A stretch of 64,000 bases of DNA from Klebsormidium nitens (Eukaryota; Plantae; Klebsormidiophyceae), in assembly GCA_000708835.1 (NCBI GenBank), contig DF237440.1, forward strand, positions 6,595 through 70,594. Reading direction: 5' to 3'. Every line of letters starts with the position of its first letter. Position 1 is the first letter of the stretch. The notes beneath the pieces were generated by a model. That model worked only from the letters and a program-made list of their open reading frames with translations. It was not told the origin of the DNA and ran no database searches. The translations under genes were made by a program, and so were the position numbers. Shown here piece after piece: positions 34,509 through 47,700 of the stretch.

Positions 34509-35282
34509 GTACTAACTTGTATCAAAAGATGAGTTCCCTTGTTCCCTTCCCGCTACGGTACTCTGAGTGGCACCCGGCCGGGGTGCCGGACTGGATTCCG
34601 GTACGGTACTGGTTGGCTCAGCCAATTATTCGTAGGTACTCAGCTGGCTGGGGCGGGCCGCCGCGGCCTGTCCCTGTCTGTACTTTGGAAGTTAGAACTT
34701 AGGTCTGCATTAATTTCAAGTCAGGATATCCTATGAAGCTGGTAGCCCGTTAATTTTCCTGCGTCCCGTCTTACCGGTACATACGGTATGTAGGTACCCA
34801 GGAGCCCAAGTGTACAGTATCTAGGTACTCAGCGCCGAACCGTGAACGGCCTTCACAGCTGTAGACAGCTCCCGAGTCCAGATGAACTCCGTACTTGGTC
34901 TGGAAGCCATGATACTCAGGCCCGGTCCCGCGGGCCCGGCGCCCCTTGCCCCGGCCCCCAGTACTGCCCAGGCCCCAGGCATGACGTACGTCAGTAAGAT
35001 TAATTCTGCGCATGATATAGGTATGCCGCTGCCAAAATATGTCATGATGACGTCCCCATGGCCGAGGCGCCACCGGTACCAGCGGCATCATTGATAGCTG
35101 CGGTACTGCTGCGGAACACTTCAACAAATAGTGTTGAGTTCATTGAAATTGAACTGATCACCTTACCTGGCATCAAAATATTGGCGATGGGAGCACTGCT
35201 CACATATTGAAGCAACTTGCATCGAGTCCACACGGAGACGTTTGCAGCTGACATCGTCTATATATAATACAGGTACCGGTAC
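34509..35282 (+). promoter_or_regulatory. GTAC-dense upstream region with TATA-like box ahead of UGT copy 2
   Basis: 17 GTAC tetramers counted in ~775 bp. TATATATAA at 35259-35267, ~70 bp before the ATG at 35335. Confidence 0.45.
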
Positions 35283-35334
35283 TTCTCGGATAGATTGAAG
35301 GTCCTTCGAGTTTGTCGCCTGCAGCGTCAGAGCA

Positions 35335-38300
35335 ATGGTGAACCTGAAGCAGCTTGCCCTCTGCTTACTTCTCATTTTGGCCTGCACCCTTTCAGCCAGC
35401 CGTGGGGCAGAAATAGCAGCCGCTTCAGATGTTTCAGCATGCATGATGGATTCGAAGGAACACATCAGCTGGGCAAATGCCGGGGGTGAAGCGCCCGTGC
35501 GGTTATCTGTCCTGGTGGTGTCGCCCCCTTCTTCTGGTGAGATGCAAGCAACCCGCATGACAACACTGTTTGACCATGCAATCTCTGACAATCTGGAGTC
35601 TGGGTTAGAAGATCAACAGTTTCTAAAACCTTCACAATAATTATGCTGCTGTGGATAGAGCTGGAGGGAGAGAGCGTACGTCATCATTGAAAAGAAGTTC
35701 CGGACCGGTCAACGTCAGCTGACTTTAGTTCAGTCGGCCCCGGCAATCCTAGCAGTTTGCTGGCACCCATTTGCAGTATTCAAAACATTCTGTGTCGGTG
35801 CTCTGAATGCTCCAAAGTATGCAGCTGTCTGAAGTTGGTTATCGTACAAGTCAGGGTCTACTCAATCGTCTCAGCCCATATTTGGACGATAAGGACCAGC
35901 ACTTGATTTTCTGCTTGGTGCCTGATTGGCCATCAGAAACCATAGCTCTCTAGCTTTGTAGCTGAGCTTGTGCACAGGGAAGGTACAGCTATTTGCAAAG
36001 CAAATCATTGCCAATTCGAGACAGAGAGGGAAGCTTTACAAATCAGATGACTAAGTTGGTCGAGCCTGCGATCGACATGTAGCAAAAACTGGTTCCGACC
36101 AAGCTTTAAGCTACCCTCTGTATATGAAGTTGGCAGGCTGCTCGGAAAAAGCTGTAGCGGTCACAGATTACAGAGGGGGTCGTGCAACTTGTGTGTGGTG
36201 GTGGTCGAGCCTTATTGACAGTAGGTAGTCGGACCTGCAAATCTGAGAGATGCGTAGGCCGGTTCCTTCGGCCTTGCGGATGACAGCAGGCAGCGTTCAC
36301 AGTCCGACAGCACATACGGCAACCCTGCCAATTCCTAGGATCGAATCAGAAGGTTTCCATTCTGGGGCGACATCCAGTGTTATAGTCTGATTGCCTGCTC
36401 CCAGTGAACATTCCGTCAGGGTTTTGTGCGCCACACTTCAAGCTGGGTGTTTGATGAGCCAGTGACATGACATCAACTCCGTGACATCGTTTGACACTAC
36501 ACTGTTGCTGCAAGGCAACAGTATCCGTATCCATGTCACTCTGCCTGATCCTGCCACGGCACCTCCAATCTCCTGCAGCGATTCAAGCTGGGTTCCGAGT
36601 CAAACGCCCGATACTTCAAGTGCATCAATCGTGACTACCTGACGGAAACCTGGATTGCAGGTGCTGACGCGTTATTCCTCCCCCTGTTCAGGCCACTTCT
36701 TACCTCTTGTCTCCATTGCGGCCGAGCTCAAGTCAAGGGGCCACGACGTCACGTTCCTGGGACTGGTGCACAGGGAGCGCGAGTACTTCTTCCTCAAGGA
36801 GCTCAACCGCACGAAGATCCCCTTCCACCAGCTGGGCTACTGGCCGAGGAGCCTTCCGGACGACCAGGCGCGCCACGAATCAAACGCGTTTAAAGCGGCC
36901 GCCAGCGAGCGCCCCCCCTTCCTCGCGTTCATGGAAGGCGACGTCGCGTCCTGGGTCGGGTTGGATCGGTACCTCGCGCAGCTGGCAGACGACGCGAGCG
37001 CGCCAGGGGGCGAGACGGGTCGCCGGGCTCCTGCTGACGTCATGGTCATCGACCACGGCTTCCGGGCGTGCGGCGCGAGCGCGGAGGCGAAGTACAATAT
37101 CACTCCGGTTTACGTGCACACGTGGAGGAACTTCGTCCTCGCGCCGTCCTGGCCGTTCTCGGCAGCGGCTCTGGAACGAGTACGTCAGGCTGAGGGACGC
37201 CCTTTTCGTCGAGCCGTTCTTCCTGACCCGGAAACTGCGGGCGATCCTGGAGGAGCAAGGGGTTCAGCTGCCCGTAATGCCCAGCAACTACTTCGAGTAT
37301 GACGGCAGGGCAGCCATTATTAACACAGGCCCCGGGTTTGATTTCCCGGTTCCATTGCCGCCTTCGGTGATCTACGCCGGCCCGCTCATGGGCTGATTCA
37401 CGCAGGAGGTGCCCCCGCAACTGCACTCGTGGTTAAGCGGTCACAGCCCCTCGTCTGTCGTCCTTGTTAACCTAGGCACGGTTAACCCCCTAACCCGCGG
37501 CATGGTCGGGCTCATAATCGAGGGGCTTGGAAACGTAAACCTGGACGTGCTATGGGTGGTCAAGGAATCTGCCTGGGGCGTTCTCGAGCCCTTCGAGATC
37601 CCACCCAGTTTCCGGATGGAGAAGTTTATCCCCCAGAGGGAGGTCTTGCGCCACCCCGCCATCGCCGCAATGATTACGCACTGTGGCAACAACGGGGTGC
37701 AGGTGAGCACAAAAGCTAGTCTCGATTCTAAGAATAGTAAGCCGCCCGAATAACAAAGTGAAGCCCGGGGGATGGGTGGGGTTGGTGTGGTGGTTATAAG
37801 GGTGGGTTCCGGTGCGAAGCGGGTGAGTATTTGCCTTTTACTTTGTTTATGCTCGGTAAAACGACCTTAATGTTCGTGAAGCTTATTGTTTATAGTGTCG
37901 AGACTTGTGGTAAGCACGAGGCCCTTGACGTCGCTTTTCCTTCGACTATGCACGTGCGCTGATCTTCTGTTCAGCAGACAATTGATTCCATGGAGTCCGT
38001 CATCGACGTAAGAGTATCTTTGTAAGGGATCGGTTCCGCATCCGCAAGTTTGTTCCAGACGAATGAATTTCTTAGATGATGCTCACAGGACTTTGTTAGC
38101 TGCGTTTGATTTTTGTCCATACTTTTGATTTGTTGCAGGAGGCTCTGGCGAGTGGGATCCCAGCGATTGGTCTACCCGTGATGTACGGTGAGAAAAATGC
38201 CGTGACGACCACCTCATTGAGGCAGTCAATATAACTCAGGTTGTTTGGTTTGCTGGGGGCTTTTGAGTCTCACAGATTAATGGATGTATGATGTACTAAT

Positions 38301-40330
38301 TGCTGTAAAAATCAAGGTTGTAGTCGAAGTTTGACGTGCAATCTGCTCTTGACCAATCAGGGAGAGGGTTAGTCTGCATACGCGCGAGGTCATGCAGAAC
38401 CCAGCTGACTGCGGTCCGCAACAATTGAACTGATTTCAGATGGTTCCCATTGACGAATAATGGGTTTCGTTGGCTGGTTTTGCATTCTCAATCCTAATTC
38501 CGTTTCCTACCTACATACCTAGACAGCGTGGAACGGAACAAATCAAATTGCTTCAAGAAACACGTCAGCCATGTTGATTTCGCAGCAACGTCTCTGATGA
38601 GTGTTGGTCGAGCAATCGCTTCGGATTGAGAAGAACTGGTAGCAGTAGTCTGAAGCAGGTCTCTCGCAAGTTGAAATGGGTGGTAAGCACCCACTTGTGC
38701 ATCTGTACCGAAAGCCCGAGAAACGTCATCGAGTCTCCTTACTCGGTGTCGGAATCCTCCCAGCACCAAAGAGAAAAACGCTCTTGTACGAGTTTCCTGC
38801 ATATCTGCCCTCTTTGAGAAACTTGTCGAATACAAAGAGGACCGCCGCTTTGTAAGTGGGCACGTATCCTTTGCTTATGTACTTTGAGCATTTCTCCCCC
38901 ACTCGCTACCTAGTGGGTTAGTACCCCGCTAGTTATCGAAGATATCCTCCGCCTGTCTCTTAGCCGGGGAAGACATGTGCTCCCCGTTTTCCCCAATCAA
39001 CCAGAGAAGCGGGGGCGGGACCTGCAGGGAAGATACCAATCTTCCTTGTGACCGGCTTTTGCTTCAAAAGTTCCTGTTTATGTTCCTGTAAATTTTTGTT
39101 TAATTGATTCTCGAACCCAGATTGATGCCTTGAGTGGCGCTCTATCCAGCCCAAGAACGACAAGGTGACGTGTCGCCTTCTTTCTCGCGATTTACTGAGC
39201 GCAAGATTTGGATCTTCCTGTGTGCCATGTGGTAAATATGTGACTAGCGTGTACGTTTTGCAGACCAATTCGACGTCGCGCAGCGACTCGCGCACGCGGG
39301 CTTCCCCACCCTGCACCCGCTGCGCGCCACGCCGGCCGACCTTTCTGCGGCAGTGCGCGCGGTGACCGCGCGAGACCCGGCCACGGAGAACGTCTACCGG
39401 GCGAAAGCGCGCAAGATCGCGCGCATCTTTCGGTACCTGGGAGGTGCGCCAAAGGCGGCCGGTATGTTTCAATCCCTTTCAGACTATCCCTTGAGAACAG
39501 ACAATGCGATTCTCCGGCTGATGTAGATTGCTGCCCGTTGAATCCATTCTGTGTCCGCCACTGAGGGCTTCAAAGAAGGGGGATATTCAAGGGATATTCA
39601 CCGGGCGCCTTGGATTGGAATCGGAGCTGTCGAAGCGGGGTCGAAGCGGAGCATCGGTCCCCCTGAAAGTGGCGGACGAACCGGAGCTAGCTGCGAGTAT
39701 TCCGTATTGTCTGCAGGACTTGCCGCAATGGTAGACACAAACTGCTAACTGTCCAACCTTGTCCGAAGCACTTCACAATCTCCACGGCTGTGCGGGATTA
39801 CAAGGATATAAAAACGCTGCGTATGCGATACACATGCCGAGTTACAACTGCCACGTTGGGAAGTTGCATGTTACAAAACCCTTATCGTTTGTCGAGATTT
39901 GTTGTCCAGTCCTTGAGCGAGGTAACCAATCTGCAGTCAGCTTGAGCGAAGTAACCAAACTGATGACAAGATCTTCTTGGCACGAGGCGGTTCCACTCAG
40001 GTATCGGGAGAAAAAGAGAGTATTCTGGAGCTTTGGTGATTTGTTTATTCGCCAGGCTGTGACTCACACCGAAGGACCAACGTGTCAACGCTTCTCCGCG
40101 TAGAGGCTCACGTTGAGACGTTCGCTCTTTCCTTTGCAGAGTTTGTCGAGCATGTCGCAGAATTTGGGGTCGACCACTTGCGGACGGCGGACCTCGACAT
40201 GCCATTCGTTGTCAAGTACAAGCTGGACTCTTCAGCCTTCGCGGTTGCGGTGGCCGCAATCGGGATTTTGTCCGTTCGTTTCGTCGTACGATGTCAAATG
40301 AAGAAGCTAGCCATTGCTTCGGGAAAGTGA
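35335..40330 (+). pseudogene. UDP-glycosyltransferase (GT1) copy 2: signal peptide + C-terminal TM, with deletion and nonsense codon
   Basis: Exons 35335-35536 (MVNLKQLALCLLLILACTLSA...VLVVSPPSSG), 36692-37702, 38139-38187, 39264-39461 and 40140-40330. Signature IPQREVLRHPAIAAMITHCGNNGVQEALASGIPAIGLPVMYDQF. Compared with copy 1: net 38-nt deletion/frameshift at ~37160 and in-frame TGA at 37394-37396 where copy 1 has CGA. Confidence 0.85.
37763..37835 (-). repeat. Short interspersed repeat, copy 2 (in UGT2 intron)
   Basis: AGGGTGGGTTCCGGTGCGAAGCGGGTGAGTATTTG shared with 40515-40549. The left part is shared with 11213-11235. Confidence 0.7.
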
Positions 40331-40487
40331 CGCCGATCGTTAAAAGAGTGTTAGGTGCCATGGTTCCAGGCTGAGTCAATTCGCCTCAGTCAGCTGTTTG
40401 TCACAATCTCGTGCGTCGTTGGATCTCGGATCGGTCTCTAGAGTGGGTATAGTATTTAAGCTCATGGCTTATATAGTACCAGTGGGC

Positions 40488-40550
40488 CGGACGGGTGAAG
40501 TTGGTAAGGTGGGTAGGGTGGGTACAGGTGCGAAGCGGGTGACTATTTGG
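40488..40550 (-). repeat. Short interspersed repeat, copy 3
   Basis: AGGGTGGGTACAGGTGCGAAGCGGGTGACTATTTG, 3 mismatches to copy 2. Confidence 0.7.
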
Positions 40551-41755
40551 GGTTTATTTTTGTATTAATAGCGTCGTTCTTACTATTTTAAGTTGTCTCA
40601 CTATATAACTATTCTAGAGAATCATCGATCGTGGGCCAGGCCATGCGGCTGGCACTCGTGTTCGTTACGAAGAATCGCTGCTATGAATAGCTCTTGACAT
40701 GGTGCAATGCCTTCCTGGAACTCGACCTGTGCATGTCACTCCATAAGGACAGCCCGGCCCCAGTCTCCTCGCGGCGTAGTATACAATAAAGCAGTTCCTT
40801 CAGCTAAAATCATTCCGGCTGGGGCTGCGCCCCAACTTAGTGAAAGGCCACAAACCCCCGGACCGGCCCAACAGGATACCTAATTAGGGGGTGCCACTTC
40901 AAAGTACCCTATTTTGCACGGATGCCAGCGTATCAATGATTCTATGATAGGTATTAATATAGAGTGACGAAGATTGTTCCGTCACTACTTTAGGTTGCAT
41001 ACTATATATTGAAGACTAGCCTGCAGCCAAATCCGACGCGCTCGCATTAAATAGATATTGTTGTGCGCACATGTCGGCCCACCTTTATTTTGGACGTTCG
41101 GGATCTTCTACCATTGCCCGTGCGGAGCAGGCTAGTTTTGCCCAGCCGGTCACTCTGATTCGTTGACTAGTATCTATATTCCAGATTATTATCATGCCTT
41201 AACATGCATGGTCCTGCGCTGGGCGTCATTTAATGGATGATCGAAGTGACTGAGTCGAGTCCGACTACAACTTGTCGGAGGTTTCCCGTGCATATGCTCG
41301 AATTGATCCAACCACGCAACTTGGGACTGTCGGATCTGCAAATTCCGAGTTCTCAACTATGTGGTCTGTCTCTCCTAGTATAGGCACCTCTGACCTTGAT
41401 GCACGGAACTAAATTACATCTCACCCTAATTAACGACCTAGTCCTATTCACCTAACCATTTTTAACTTAAGACAAAGCTATGCAGACTTAACTGTACATG
41501 TGAGCTCTGCTCCTCTTTGAACGTTCTCTGATGGTGCCTACGTTTCCCGGCCGTCGAGTGCCGCAGACCAAAGTGACAATGGGACCGAATCAAGCTGTTG
41601 CCTTCGCTCGGCTGGACTCATCCTACCTTCCACTCTTTGTTTCTACCGTTGACTTCGCTAGCATAAGCAAAAACAAGATGACCGACTGCTCTTCAAGCCA
41701 CGTGATCTATGACCTTGAAGTTTTACGTTCGATCCAACTTCCCGAAGAACCAAGA

Positions 41756-44700
41756 TTACTTTCCTTTCAACTTGATAAGCGCGTCGATGACAGAGGGATC
41801 TGCCAAAGAGCTCACGTCTCCCTGCAAGTTGAGCAACAGCCAAACATTATGCTAACACTCCAAGGAGTGGGACGCGTTAACATTTGTCGACTTGGATTAC
41901 TAGGCCTGGAATGTGTCTGCGTTCTTTGCAAGTCACGAGAAGCAACTGATAAATCCTTATGCAGCAGTGTGCAGAATTCAGCGCTTTGGCCTGCCGATGT
42001 GCGCGGCACCAGGTCGAACGACTGTGCAAACCATGCGTCTTTAGGCTCCCTTTCAGTTGGTAAATCAGGACGACCGTCCGGCTTCCCCTGCTTTCCACGA
42101 GGTTCAAGAAGGCCGGCAACTCTGACAGCTGTTGCTAATGACCATTTCGAGGGAAAATCGATTTCCTAAAAAAGGTCAAACCGTCAAGGTGACGCTTGAC
42201 TGACCAAGATCGAATAAAGGAAAGCCTCCAAAAACAGAACGGCAACAAAGCTGTCCCTGGTCGACTTTGGAAAGGAAAGAATACAGAAGGCATTGAACTG
42301 CGTGAGCCTTTCTAGAACTCGCTTTCTTTATGGGCAGAGTTGGCCCCAGCCGGGAAACACATTACGAAATAAACAGGATCCTGAACCTTCTGAACTTCTC
42401 ACCAGCTCGTCCAGTTTGTTGGCGGCAATCTTTCGGAGGATCCGGCGCATGATTTTGCCGCTGCGAGTCTTGGGCAGGCCCGTCGCCCAGTGGATGACGT
42501 CAGGCGCCGCGAAGCCGCCGATCTCGGAGCGCACGCCCTTCTTNNNNNNNNNNNNNNNNNNNNNNNNNNNNNNNNNNNNNNNNNNNNNNNNNNNNNNNNN
42601 NNNNNNNNNNNNNNNNNNNNNNNNNNNNNNNNNNNNNNNNNNNNNNNNNNNNNNNNNNNNNNNNNNNNNNNNNNNNNNNNNNNNNNNNNNNNNNNNNNNN
42701 NNNNNNNNNNNNNNNNNNNNNNNNNNNNNNNNNNNNNNNNNNNNNNNNNNNNNNNNNNNNNNNNNNNNNNNNNNNNNNNNNNNNNNNNNNNNNNNNNNNN
42801 NNNNNNNNNNNNNNNNNNNNNNNNNNNNNNNNNNNNNNNNNNNNNNNNNNNNNNNNNNNNNNNNNNNNNNNNNNNNNNNNNNNNNNNNNNNNNNNNNNNN
42901 NNNNNNNNNNNNNNNNNNNNNNNNNNNNNNNNNNNNNNNNNNNNNNNNNNNNNNNNNNNNNNNNNNNNNNNNNNNNNNNNNNNNNNNNNNNNNNNNNNNN
43001 NNNNNNNNNNNNNNNNNNNNNNNNNNNNNNNNNNNNNNNNNNNNNNNNNNNNNNNNNNNNNNNNNNNNNNNNNNNNNNNNNNNNNNNNNNNNNNNNNNNN
43101 NNNNNNNNNNNNNNNNNNNNNNNNNNNNNNNNNNNNNNNNNNNNNNNNNNNNNNNNNNNNNNNNNNNNNNNNNNNNNNNNNNNNNNNNNNNNNNNNNNNN
43201 NNNNNNNNNNNNNNNNNNNNNNNNNNNNNNNNNNNNNNNNNNNNNNNNNNNNNNNNNNNNNNNNNNNNNNNNNNNNNNNNNNNNNNNNNNNNNNNNNNNN
43301 NNNNNNNNNNNNNNNNNNNNNNNNNNNNNNNNNNNNNNNNNNNNNNNNNNNNNNNNNNNNNNNNNNNNNNNNNNNNNNNNNNNNNNNNNNNNNNNNNNNN
43401 NNNNNNNNNNNNNNNNNNNNNNNNNNNNNNNNNNNNNNNNNNNNNNNNGGCGTAGATGCCCTGGCCTTTCAACTGTAGGACGGGTCCATTACACCAAGTC
43501 TTTTGATCCAGGAATCTTAGAAAGCTAGAAGGTTATCTTCCAACCTTAAGGTCTTGTTTGGCCTCGTATGACCGCGAAGACAAAGGAGACATCCTGGCTT
43601 TTTCAAACCGCCCGACCGGGATCGGTGGATGTACATGTGGCTTACGAGCCTCGGCTTATATATTCCGAAAGATGGGAATGATTTGTTCCACTGCAAGACA
43701 AACCCCCCGCTTATTCCAGTTTGTCAGGGCACGGAAGCGGCGTCGTGGGCAGTCAACTCTGAGTAGGCACAGAACGAAGCTCTGGGTTGACAGTTGATGT
43801 TAGACAAACCAAAGATGGTTCCATGTTGCAGGTCTTTAAGAAGAGACGCTTCCCTGTCCCTCCAGAAGTTTATAACTGCGCAGAGCCGTTCTAGAATCTG
43901 ATGGCATTGACTGCACCTACCGTCTCAGACCTGCGTGCAGAAACTGCCTACCTGCAGAACTTTCCGCGATCAGACTAAAACTACAGACAAATGCGGATCT
44001 TTTCCGAAAACACAAGTCGCAGCGGCGAAGGGACTCGGGAGTGACAGAGTGACTATGTAGCACTTCACAAGAAAGAAAATGAATACAGGAGATTGACGAT
44101 TTATACCTCGTGGTCAAACCCAACCACCGCCGACTCGGCACACGCGGGATGGGCGTTCAGAGCCGCTTCCACTTCTGACGTACTGATTCTATGCCCGCTG
44201 CAGAGATAGGGATTCGCAGAACGGGTCAGAAGCGGCGCAGGAAGCTCTTCATGGCGCAGGAACGAAGGAAGTTGTTGTTGAGAAGTGATTCTGCCGACAT
44301 ATGAGAGAGACTCTCGGAGCATTTTGCCACTCATGAGGAGCGCCGCTCGAAAGATTGCAACCCGGAGATCTGGCAAACTTTGGAAACGCTAAACACACGT
44401 GGTAATTCTTTCAGCTCTAAGAAACCCCGAACGGAGACTGCAATACGGCAACGACGTGTCATACCACTCTCAGAAATCGCACAGCGCAACGAACCTTAAA
44501 TACAAAAGCCCCTGAAGCTCTGATTGCCGTCTCCGCAACCTCAGCTAGGAAAAGGATGGTCACTGGGAACCAATCAAGCATACGCTCCGAGTAGCACTGC
44601 CCTCACCTGACGTTGATGACGTCATCGGTCCGGCCCGTCAGCCAAATATACCCGTCCTCGTCTCTGCGGCGGCAGTAATAAACGTCAGCATGAGCATTTT

Positions 44701-47700
44701 TGTCCGTAAGGCTCAAACAGTTGGCTTTTTTCGACAGGCTTTTGGTCTCCATCTGAACTGCAGCCTCTCTATTGTCCACATTCATTGCGAGAGCAAAGAA
44801 AAGAGGAAATACGGCGATCCAAGGTAACTCAGTGACGTAAGGCGTTGATTTGCACGAACAAATTTGAGAAGAACGACACGAAATGAAGAACCGCAAAATT
44901 CTCTGAAGCAAGGACACCTTTCACCAGAAGCAAAAACCGGCTAAAACTTTTCTATGTCAGCGGATAAGAAAGAGCGTCGGCTGACCTTCTAGCGCCATCT
45001 CCGGTGACGTAATATCCCTTGTATGTCGAGAAGTAGGTCTGTTGGAACCTCTCGTGATCTCCAAACAGCGTGCGTGCGATACCTGCCAAGCCCACAGAGC
45101 GAATGTTGCGACACAAAAGCGCGCATGACATCCAACAAGCTGAGGACCTTGGGCGGGTGAATATGAAACTGATTTCTGCCGGCTGATTGACACCGGACGT
45201 GAAGCAGTGGAAAGTCGCCAGAGTTATTGGCAACAGCGTGCAGCTCCCTGTTGGCAATTCTAGAAGCACGTTTGCCGGTGATAAAAACGAAAGATGCGGG
45301 CACAGGAAGGTTTCAGATTCTGCAGGAGATGCTGAGCTAAGTCTGCATGTGCGCGACTCTCGCCGCCGCGGATCACGCCTTCAGAGCTTCATCACACTGC
45401 CTTTCCCAGACGCGCTTGCGATGACGGCTCAAAAGCACCATCTTGGCTCCCCCAGAGTCACGGAACCGGCATTACAGTCGCCTGGAACTCGGCCGCTTGG
45501 TCATAAACGGAACAACCGAAGCGATAGGCGGAATGCTTGAAGATCGCAATGAGTTTCCAGTACGCTCCCTTTCAACGAAATCGTGGGCTATCATTTGGGA
45601 GGCAAAGGGGGTACACGGGGCAAAAGCGCTCTTGAACAAGGTACGATTGCGCCAATCGCACCTGTTTCTTACGAACTTTCTTCGGAACGGACTTGGCGCT
45701 GAACGGGACGGTTAGAACCCCTTGAGTCTTCAAAAAGCAAGATTCAGGAAAAGCTCACCGGGCCAGGGCCCTTTGATCCGAGGTTCCCGTCAATTTTGCT
45801 CTCCTTCTTTCCTTCTCGTCGAGCAGCAACGGCTGACCGCCGGACGGAATGGCTGAGAGAACCCGTTTGCCAAGTCGAATAAATCTCACAAGAACGAAAC
45901 AAGAAAGGCCCAAACAGCTTGCCAGGCCAGTGCGCAGATCCCTGTCAGTCGCTCCTCTCTCTCGCGGCCCTTCTCGTCAAGCAGTACAGGCTGACCGTTG
46001 AACGGAATGGCTAAGAGGACCCCGTTCGCTAAAACGAGATTATGCACCCGAAAGAAAAACAAGAAAAGCAAAGAACAGCTCACCAGGCCAGGGCGCTTTG
46101 ATACACAAGTTCCCGTCGGTCGCGCCTTCTTTCTCGCGGCCCTTCTCGTCGAGCAGGACAGGTTGGACACCGAAGAAAGGAAGCGTGGCGGAGCCCGGCT
46201 TCAGGTCCCAAGCCCCGGCCATCGGAGAAATCTGCATTTGCAGGAATTTGGGTCAGGTGCAGGAATGTAACCCTACCTTTGAGAAAATAGGCAAACTCTG
46301 TCAATCAGAGAAGATAATCAGATGCTCACGTTCGGATTCTATCGATTGGTAGGGTTCAACGGAACACCAAAAACGATCGCAGACTGCCTTGACACTCCAA
46401 TTTTGTGTTTCTGAGTGGGGATATTTTGGGTATTTTACATTCGCACTCACCATGTTGCCCCCAGTCTCGGTCTGCCACCACGTGTCGACGATTGGGCAGC
46501 GACCGTCTCCAACAACGTCGAAGTACCACCTGACAAGAAGCAAGGAATCCCGATCCGTTTTAAGCTTGAGGTGCACGTGGCTCCAATAACTTGTCCCCGA
46601 AAAAAGAGCTACAAGACGCGCTCGATGAACGTGCGAAATTGGGTCTCTTCAATATCACTTCCTCGAGCACTGGAAAGCTAGGAGGTCAGGAAAACGGACA
46701 TTCGGATTTCATTATCTTGGTCACCAAAAGCGGTAATAACGTTGCATACAGCGGCACAGAAGAAGCGGCAAAAGCCAATGTGTTTGTACAATCAAACCAA
46801 AAATATAAACGCGAGCGCCATCGCACAAAAGCAGAAGACCCGTTCGCTCGACTCACCACCAGGCTTTGGGGTTGATGGGCTCGCCCACCGTTCCCAACAC
46901 CCGGAGCGACTTCCGCGAGTACTTCTTCACAAACTGCAGCAACACCGAGAGTAGCAGACCTTAGCAGTGCACTTGTCACAGATAACATGGGCATCTTTTG
47001 AGGGCTGACTTCCCACGTTGCCATTGCATTTGGGCAGCAATGGACACCTCGTTTTCTAGTCCGCAAACTCCGTCTGCTCACGACTTGTATGCAGATACAC
47101 CACATCAATAGAAGCGAAACGAAGCCCACTCACCGAATCTTCGAACTCGTCTCCGCTTCCTTTTCCCTGATCTTTTGTCTCGAAGACGTGGCTTCAAACC
47201 TCGTTGGCTTACTTACCGAGGCACAGAGCGTGCAGAAGGCCTGCAAAGGCTATCAGACTCACGCAAAGAAACAAAAGCTTTGGTGGCAGCAAACTCTCCA
47301 AGGAAGGAAACAGATCTACGAGAACCTGTTCAAATGCTCACCCGGTCGCTTTCCTTCCCGATGGAGCGGATGGCCGTGTGTGCCGTGTAAAAGATGGTCC
47401 TTCTATACTTGTCCACAAGAGACCTTTCAACTCAGAGACAGAACCACAGAATCGCTAGCAGCAAACCAGATGAAGACAATGGATAGTGCGGCTCTTGGGA
47501 ACTGCTCACCCGGTCGCCTTCCTTCTCCATGGAGCGGATGGCCGTGGGTGCCGTGTAAAAGATGGACACCTTGTACTTGTCCACGATCTGCCAGCACCGT
47601 CCGGCGTCCGGATACGTGGGCACCTACGGACACAAGCAACAGATTAACATAACCTTGAGGCCTAGTGGCAGCCTCTGCTTTGGACCACTCTGCTGAAGCT

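Noticed and set aside
41531-42169. 212-aa plus-strand ORF
   Set aside because: Overlaps the last ACS exon and 3' region in antisense; no recognisable domain.
42293-43528. Long ORFs spanning the second N run
   Set aside because: Gap artefacts; flanks are ACS exons on the minus strand.
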